Source of the DNA: an uncultured delta proteobacterium
Lineage (GTDB): Bacteria; Desulfobacterota; Desulfobacteria; Desulfobacterales; B30-G6
NCBI GenBank assembly: GCA_963842925.1
Contig: CAWJIL010000017.1
Coordinates: forward strand, 5,423 to 69,422
DNA: 64,000 nucleotides
Reading direction: 5' to 3'
Positions 58,686-64,000 of the stretch are shown here, one piece after another (the stretch's first letter is position 1; each line of letters starts with the position of its first letter). The translations under genes and the position numbers were made by a program. The notes under the pieces are model-generated. The model was not told the origin of the DNA. It worked only from the letters and a program-made list of their open reading frames with translations, and made no database searches.

Positions 58686-59723
58686 CTATTGCCGTTCGAA
58701 TTCCTTGAGACGCTCTTCTGTCAAGGGGTGTGTGGACAGATAATTGATCCATTTTCCAGATGCCATGTCCGAAGCACCTGGCTTCTGGTCTTCAATCCTG
58801 CGCATCAAGGAAGCAAAGCGATTCGCTGATATACCATGGTCGTGCATGGCAGTTAAGGCATATGCATCTGCCTCCCTTTCAAAGTTCCTGGAATATGCCA
58901 GTTCCGTCAACAGAACCGGCAAACCAAGAAACAGTTCCGATGACCCGGACACATCCCCTGTCATAGCCAATAGAACAAAGCCCAGAATAGAGTCCTGAAT
59001 CAATGACCGCATACCATGCCGGTGCACAATATGCCCTATTTCATGAAGCAGGACAGCTGAGAGTTCATCATCATGTTCGGCTATCTGAATCATTTCATCG
59101 GTAAAAACGATGGCGCCACTGGGCAAAGCAAATGCATTGGGGCCTATTTTCCCGCCTTTTCGGAACATGATCTCCAAGCCATAGGCTGTACGCGTCGCCA
59201 GTACTGACTGGAAGTGTTCCAACAGTCCCTCGCGGGTTTTTTCGTCCAGATCCGACAGTTCAAAAATGGATCGATCCAGAACATCAAGTGTCTGGTGGCC
59301 GGCGAAGTCCAGCATGGAGGACGGAAGTCTGTAGGCAATCGTCTTGGCAAGCCATGGAATCCCGAAAGACATGCCAGCCCAGAGGATAAAAAGCAGTGCT
59401 ACCAGGGCAGGTAATACATAGCGCCAGTGACTCTCCAGCTTGTAAACAACTTTGCGCCACGTTGCTTGTGCAAATCGGGTTTCTATCCGGTCGACAGCCT
59501 CATTGTCGGCTGTCTCGAACTTTTCACCCTGGGGAAAAAGAAGATAGCGTTGTGTGTTGGCCAGCCTTGGAGAAATGTCAATATCAAAGCGCGGCCTGGT
59601 CATGATCAGACCGCCATTACTAATCCTTTCAATGCGAAGAGCACCGTTGTCGTAGACAATGCACACAACGTTTTCCGCTGCCGATGTTTTTCCATCATAC
59701 CATTTCCCCTCAAAGGAAATCAT
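58686..59723 (-). CDS. M48-family zinc metallopeptidase with an N-terminal extension and TM segment
   Basis: The HEIGH motif in LLHEIGHIVHRH and a downstream E in NFEREADAYAL. 4 nt overlap with the upstream gene. Confidence 0.88.
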   Translation of the reverse strand: MISFEGKWYDGKTSAAENVVCIVYDNGALRIERISNGGLIMTRPRFDIDISPRLANTQRYLLFPQGEKFETADNEAVDRIETRFAQATWRKVVYKLESHWRYVLPALVALLFILWAGMSFGIPWLAKTIAYRLPSSMLDFAGHQTLDVLDRSIFELSDLDEKTREGLLEHFQSVLATRTAYGLEIMFRKGGKIGPNAFALPSGAIVFTDEMIQIAEHDDELSAVLLHEIGHIVHRHGMRSLIQDSILGFVLLAMTGDVSGSSELFLGLPVLLTELAYSRNFEREADAYALTAMHDHGISANRFASLMRRIEDQKPGASDMASGKWINYLSTHPLTEERLKEFERQ

Positions 59724-61081
59724 AGACCAAAGTCCATATCAAAAAAATCACCCACTTCTTCAGCAATAGCACTCACTTGTTTCTCCTCGTCATCAATAAA
59801 ACCCGCGAGGTCTCCGGAAGCCAGCAGCGTTAGATGCTGAAGTTTATATTGAGCCGTTCTGACCTTTGCAAAGGGAAAGAACAATCCCAGTGTTACCGCG
59901 ACACCCAGGGAGTTGGTAAATACGAGCTTCATGTATTCGCCTGTTTTCAACCCGGCCTCAAACCGGTGATGGGACAGGCTGCTGGTGTTAAATAAAAGAT
60001 TGGTGGTCTTCACTGAAAAGTAGGCAAACAGATAAAGGTATAAAACCAGAAGTACCAGGGCGGAGACAGGCGGCAGAAAAAAGGCGCATAGTGCTATAAG
60101 AATAATACCGCCCAGGATCGGAACAAGGGCGCCGAAATAGATTCGGTAATACTCCCGTGGCGTTGCCGTATAGACAAATGGGGTTCTGCCATAAACGCTG
60201 TTTTCAACAATATATTTCTTCTGACGAAAATAGACATAGGGAAATAGAGCGCCCAGGGTCAGGGTTGCTGCAAGCGGCCACAGGATAAAGACCTTTGCGG
60301 CACCCATGATACTTCCCTTGAAACCGAATCGAACATTTCTCAAAGCACTGTTGCGTGCATTAAATACCAGCGACCGGACGATCAACCAGGGAAGAATCAG
60401 AATAAATGCCAGACCCATAATACCGGAAACAAGCGGAAGCAAACCAGACAACACCGAGTAAAGAATAAATACACCCACGACGATAAGACGCCCCTTGAGA
60501 ATCTTTACGGGGTCGGCAAGATATTCAAAACTACTCCCAGAAAGTGTCGTGCTCCCATAAAAGTACTGTTTACGTCTTACTTTGGCCCAGGCCGAGTAGA
60601 TGCCGAGTGTGATGACCGATAAAATAATGTTCACAAGCCAGATTTTGAAGTACTCCGACCCTTTGCCACTGAATTGAAAGGGTACCCTGGAAACCTCATC
60701 TCCACCCTCATCAGATGCCTGGTGGGCACCCCCCTCTTCCCCTGGAAGCGCCTGGTCCGTCTTTATCGTTTTTTTCGGCGTTTCAACTTCTTTCTCTGCC
60801 CTTCCCTCAGCAGGGGGTGGTGGTTCTTTCACGGAACCGGGTTCTTTTTTATCTTCGGCCAAAGTGACTTCCAACCCTATTTTTTTCAGGGTCGTTGCAA
60901 ACTTTTTAGCAGTAATCTCGTCTGTGTTCTTTTTCAACACGATTCCCTTGCTCTTGAGTATCTTCACAGCCTTTTCTTCGCTGATGGAAAACACATCCAT
61001 CAGTTTGGATTTTACAGCATCAACATCGAAACCCGGCAGTATTTTTCCGCGAAATACAACATCATAGCGTGCAGCTGTCAT
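59720..61081 (-). CDS. YjgN/DUF898-family membrane protein with an N-terminal soluble domain
   Basis: FSGKGSEYFKIWLVNIILSVITLGIYSAWAKVRRKQYFY and a second repeat near the C-terminus (FFPFAKVRTAQY). The GAGGAGGG RBS supports the ATG at 61081. Confidence 0.85.
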   Translation of the reverse strand: MTAARYDVVFRGKILPGFDVDAVKSKLMDVFSISEEKAVKILKSKGIVLKKNTDEITAKKFATTLKKIGLEVTLAEDKKEPGSVKEPPPPAEGRAEKEVETPKKTIKTDQALPGEEGGAHQASDEGGDEVSRVPFQFSGKGSEYFKIWLVNIILSVITLGIYSAWAKVRRKQYFYGSTTLSGSSFEYLADPVKILKGRLIVVGVFILYSVLSGLLPLVSGIMGLAFILILPWLIVRSLVFNARNSALRNVRFGFKGSIMGAAKVFILWPLAATLTLGALFPYVYFRQKKYIVENSVYGRTPFVYTATPREYYRIYFGALVPILGGIILIALCAFFLPPVSALVLLVLYLYLFAYFSVKTTNLLFNTSSLSHHRFEAGLKTGEYMKLVFTNSLGVAVTLGLFFPFAKVRTAQYKLQHLTLLASGDLAGFIDDEEKQVSAIAEEVGDFFDMDFGL

Positions 61082-61261
61082 GAACCCTCCTCTCGGAATT
61101 CTGTACAAAATTGAACTGGTGAGATATCTTCACAGTAGAAAAAATACATTGATACCCTATTCTGATTACGGATATAAAATATTAATTTGATAGGAGATAG
61201 CTTGCAGGTTCTGCATAGGCTGAAAGCATAGCATTTGGGTTTTTATACCGTCAAGCGTAAT

Positions 61262-61329
61262 TCTATTGTCATTGCCATAAGTATGTTTGGTTTGACTTTT
61301 TTTCACACGTCGGCGGGTAACGGCAAACA
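61262..61329 (+). repeat. ~70 bp intergenic repeat, copy B
   Basis: Same cores as 58541-58609, in the same orientation. Confidence 0.75.
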
Positions 61330-61343
61330 AAATAGATTGTTAA

Positions 61344-61373
61344 CTGCTTATCGCTTATGGCTTAAAGCTTATC
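61344..61373. repeat. Short-period GCTTA-type repeat
   Basis: CTGCTTATCGCTTATGGCTTAAAGCTTATC. Confidence 0.55.
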
Positions 61374-61486
61374 AATGGTTTTTACCTATCACTATACACC
61401 CATTTCTCCCCTATTGAACGTTTCCTTAGCGTACATATATTATCTACAAGCAAGAACAAAACAAACAATCATAGAGAGGTGCTATC

Positions 61487-61624
61487 ATGGCAAATACAGA
61501 AAACTACGTTGAAAACGAAAATGAAAGAGAAGAAGGACACGTGGATACCCGCGAGAGAAATTTTGATTGTAAAGACAAAGATCCCCATCTGGGATGTGAT
61601 CCGGGTATTGATGTAGCCGGTTAA
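61487..61624 (+). CDS. Very small acidic protein (45 aa); below the ORF-track cutoff
   Basis: MANTENYVENENEREEGHVDTRERNFDCKDKDPHLGCDPGIDVAG. GAGAGG lies 8 nt upstream, and an intrinsic terminator lies 48 nt downstream. Confidence 0.5.
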   Translation: MANTENYVENENEREEGHVDTRERNFDCKDKDPHLGCDPGIDVAG

Positions 61625-61671
61625 CCCAAAACACACTCACCGGATTCATATATCATTTAAATTGAGAAAGA

Positions 61672-61699
61672 GCAGAGCCAAAAACGACTCTGCCTTTTT
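61672..61699 (+). terminator. Rho-independent terminator
   Basis: GCAGAG-CCAAAAACGA-CTCTGC-CTTTTTC. Confidence 0.7.
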
Positions 61700-61817
61700 C
61701 ATTTGAACCGCAATGGTAGGTGTATTCCCCGTGGTATTCTGCGAAGGCGGATAAAATACATACCCAAGTGGCGACTGCATTTTTATGATGGGTTATATTC
61801 GTTTTATGGTGGTAATT

Positions 61818-62486
61818 ATGGATAGTATGAAAAAATTGAAATGGAACAAGCCCCTGACAGCTTTAATCGTTGGGATCACATGCTTCTCTTTTACAACGGG
61901 GTGTAGCTTTTTCGGAATCCGCACTTCTGAAGAAGCGAGTTATCATGTTCTCGCAAAATATGATCGGATCGAGATACGGGAGTATGGCGAGTTGGTCGCG
62001 GTTGAAACGGATGTCCAAGCGAGCTATGATGAGGCTGGCCGTATCGCCTTCAAGAAACTCTTTGGATACATATCAGGTGAGAATGGTTCGCAATTAAAAA
62101 TTGCCATGACGGCACCCGTTATGTCCAGCGAGGCGTTTGCGGCTGATGGTGAAAAAATTGCCATGACCAGCCCCGTTATTGGAGAAAAACAGGGCTCGGG
62201 CTGGCGTTTTAGCTTCGTCCTGCCGACGAGCTACACGCTTGAAAATGCACCGGTTCCGTCTAATCCTGAAGTCAAACTGGCGGTGATACCCAGAAAAAAG
62301 GTTGCCGTCATCCGCTACTCCGGACCATGGAAAGAGCGAGCAATGCGTGAGAAATCCGAGGCGCTGATTGAATGGATCCGGAGCAATGGCATCGAGCGCC
62401 TGTCGGAGCCGCGTTCCGCGGGGTATGACCCCCCATGGACGCTTCCGTTTTTGCGCCGCAATGAAATTATGATCGACGTCAAATAG
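61818..62486 (+). CDS. SOUL heme-binding-family lipoprotein
   Basis: Lipobox FSFTTGC, then YEIREY-type motif RIEIREYGELVAVE, IAMTAPV / IAMTSPV, and DPPWTLPFLRRNEI. Confidence 0.85.
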   Translation: MDSMKKLKWNKPLTALIVGITCFSFTTGCSFFGIRTSEEASYHVLAKYDRIEIREYGELVAVETDVQASYDEAGRIAFKKLFGYISGENGSQLKIAMTAPVMSSEAFAADGEKIAMTSPVIGEKQGSGWRFSFVLPTSYTLENAPVPSNPEVKLAVIPRKKVAVIRYSGPWKERAMREKSEALIEWIRSNGIERLSEPRSAGYDPPWTLPFLRRNEIMIDVK

Positions 62487-62571
62487 CAACAGGGGCCGGT
62501 GATTATAAAACCTCAAAAAAGTCTTTTGGCCCACTAGCTGTGTCGTTCTCTCGTTTCAAAACGGTGTGTAA

Positions 62572-63696
62572 ATGAAGAAAGAATTAAAATATACTAAGAC
62601 GATGGCGTTCCTGATAGCTTTGTTATTTTTTTTTCCATCGATCCTTTGGGCCGCGGATTTATCAGTGCATTTGCACGATCCGCCATCCGAGGGCTTCTTA
62701 CAATTTGTTTTATTTGATTCGGCCGATACCTTCGGCGACCTTCGCGATCCGGTAAAGGTCGTAAAGCGACCACTGGACGGACGCGAACACTACCGTATCC
62801 GGGATATCCCCCCGGGTGAGTACGCTCTCCTGGTTTACTTCGATGAAAACAACAATAATCTTCTGGACAAGAACTTCATCGGTATTCCGAATGAACCGCT
62901 GGGCTTTGCCAATCAGTATCAGCCTAAAGGCCCACCGAACTATCAGCGTGCAGCCTTCATTTTAGCCGAAGGAGAGTCACGTACCGTTGAGGTAACGCTC
63001 CACCGCCCCCTGGGAAAACGTGGCCGTCTCGGCGTGGGATTGGGTATTATCGCTCAAACGAGTCCCTATCGCCATGTCACAGGCGGTGTTTATCGCACAA
63101 TCCCGGCGATTGTCTACACGGGTGAGCGTTTGCAGATTTATGGACCCAGGATCCAGTTCGGTCTTGCCGGCAGTGGTAAACTGCGTCTTGCCGCAACGGG
63201 TAGCTATCGTTTTGGCGCCTACGAGGAGGATGAGAGTGATTTTCTAAGGGGTATGGGCGATAGAAAAGACACCTTCATGGCTGGCCTGGCGCTTAATGTC
63301 GAACTTCCTGGCGGCGTGGGCCTTTCAACCGGCTACGCGCATGACCTGCTCGACGAGATTGGCGGGGGAGAAGGTAATATAAAATTTGACAAGTCATTTC
63401 AAATGGGTGTTTTCAGATTCTCGCCTCAATTTGGGCTGAACTGGCTCAGTTCTGAACTCGCCAACCACGATTTCGGTGTGCCATCCAGCAGGGCCACGCC
63501 AGACCGCCCTGCCTATAAACTCGATTCAATCATCAATGTGGAGGGTGGCGTGGGGATGTCTATCGAGGTTACCCGTGACTGGCTGGTCATCTTGAACACG
63601 CGTGTAGAATTTTTCGACAATGATGTCACCGACAGCCCCATTGTCAGCGACAAGTACATTGTCAAGGGATTGGCTGTCATCAATTATGTGTTTTAA
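62572..63696 (+). CDS. Outer-membrane protein: DUF2141-like N-domain fused to a MipA/OmpV-family beta-barrel
   Basis: A signal peptide. VYFDENNNNLLDKNFIGIPNEPLGFAN (DUF2141-like). The C-terminal ~230 aa have alternating beta-strand pattern and a terminal aromatic (INYVF). Confidence 0.75.
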   Translation: MKKELKYTKTMAFLIALLFFFPSILWAADLSVHLHDPPSEGFLQFVLFDSADTFGDLRDPVKVVKRPLDGREHYRIRDIPPGEYALLVYFDENNNNLLDKNFIGIPNEPLGFANQYQPKGPPNYQRAAFILAEGESRTVEVTLHRPLGKRGRLGVGLGIIAQTSPYRHVTGGVYRTIPAIVYTGERLQIYGPRIQFGLAGSGKLRLAATGSYRFGAYEEDESDFLRGMGDRKDTFMAGLALNVELPGGVGLSTGYAHDLLDEIGGGEGNIKFDKSFQMGVFRFSPQFGLNWLSSELANHDFGVPSSRATPDRPAYKLDSIINVEGGVGMSIEVTRDWLVILNTRVEFFDNDVTDSPIVSDKYIVKGLAVINYVF

Positions 63697-63698
63697 TC

Positions 63699-63726
63699 GA
63701 AGACCACGGGCAAACCCGTGGTCTTC
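63699..63726 (+). terminator. Terminator-like 12 bp hairpin (no T-run)
   Basis: GAAGACCACGGG-CAAA-CCCGTGGTCTTC. Confidence 0.5.
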
Positions 63727-63856
63727 TGCGAAAGCGGGTAAATAAGCATCCACTCCTTTTCTTTCTCGATATCGGTATTATAGTCTGAAAATATTGTAAT
63801 CACTCAAAACGGGATTGACCATCTGATCACATGGGTCAATTCAAAAGGAGGTTCCC

Positions 63857-64000
63857 ATGGAACTTAAAGAATACTTTGAAAACACGGAAGGCAAAGGCGT
63901 CATGGCCACGGCGGACAGCGACGGCAAGGTGGATACGGCCATATATGCCCGGCCCCATTTTATGGATGATGGAACCATCGCCATGATCATGCGTGATCGC
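63857..64000 (+). CDS. Pyridoxamine 5'-phosphate oxidase-family protein, N-terminal part (runs off the window)
   Basis: MELKEYFENTEGKGVMATADSDGKVDTAIYARPHF, with RBS AAAGGAGG. Confidence 0.65.
   Translation, partial: MELKEYFENTEGKGVMATADSDGKVDTAIYARPHFMDDGTIAMIMRDR

Overview
This 64 kb window looks like chromosomal DNA from a sulfate-reducer-like Desulfobacterota (deltaproteobacterial) genome. That assignment is an inference from gene content: desulforedoxin, a UGA-encoded selenoprotein, and dense sigma-54 and two-component signalling. I found no rRNA gene, no complete tRNA and no CRISPR array.

Layout:
- 1-4.2 kb: a mobile-element graveyard. One IS200 element is inserted inside the transposase gene of another, followed by an ORF-less group II intron.
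- 4-9 kb: small or hypothetical genes and gene fragments.
- 9-31 kb: a very dense signalling region. It holds 2 Cache-type histidine kinases, 1 kinase-like protein without ATP-binding boxes, about 13 receiver domains, and 2 sigma-54 enhancer-binding proteins (bEBPs). These are interleaved with TauE/DUF1634, ClC, a DASS-type permease and CBS-domain genes. A third bEBP lies at 48.5-49.9 kb.
- 31-38 kb: mixed metabolic and membrane genes, including a GrdB-family selenoprotein with an in-frame TGA and a SECIS-like hairpin.
- 38.9-40.9 kb: a group IIC intron with an internally deleted reverse transcriptase. It sits directly behind a perfect intrinsic terminator that closes a degenerate ~96 bp tandem array with no convincing ORF.
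- 41-47 kb: ubiX, a molybdopterin oxidoreductase and a large transporter.
- 47-50 kb: a sigma-54-driven operon of small proteins.
- 50-58.5 kb: core amino-acid biosynthesis (aroA, ilvBN, leuCD, ilvD).
- 58.5-64 kb: an M48 peptidase/DUF898 pair flanked by ~70 bp direct repeats, then envelope genes.

The most unusual items are the noncoding tandem array with its terminator-homed defective IIC intron, three textbook sigma-54 promoters, several degenerate signalling proteins, and families of short dispersed intergenic repeats. I saw no clear defence-type system. All functional calls rest on my reading of the translated ORFs and motifs; no database search was run.
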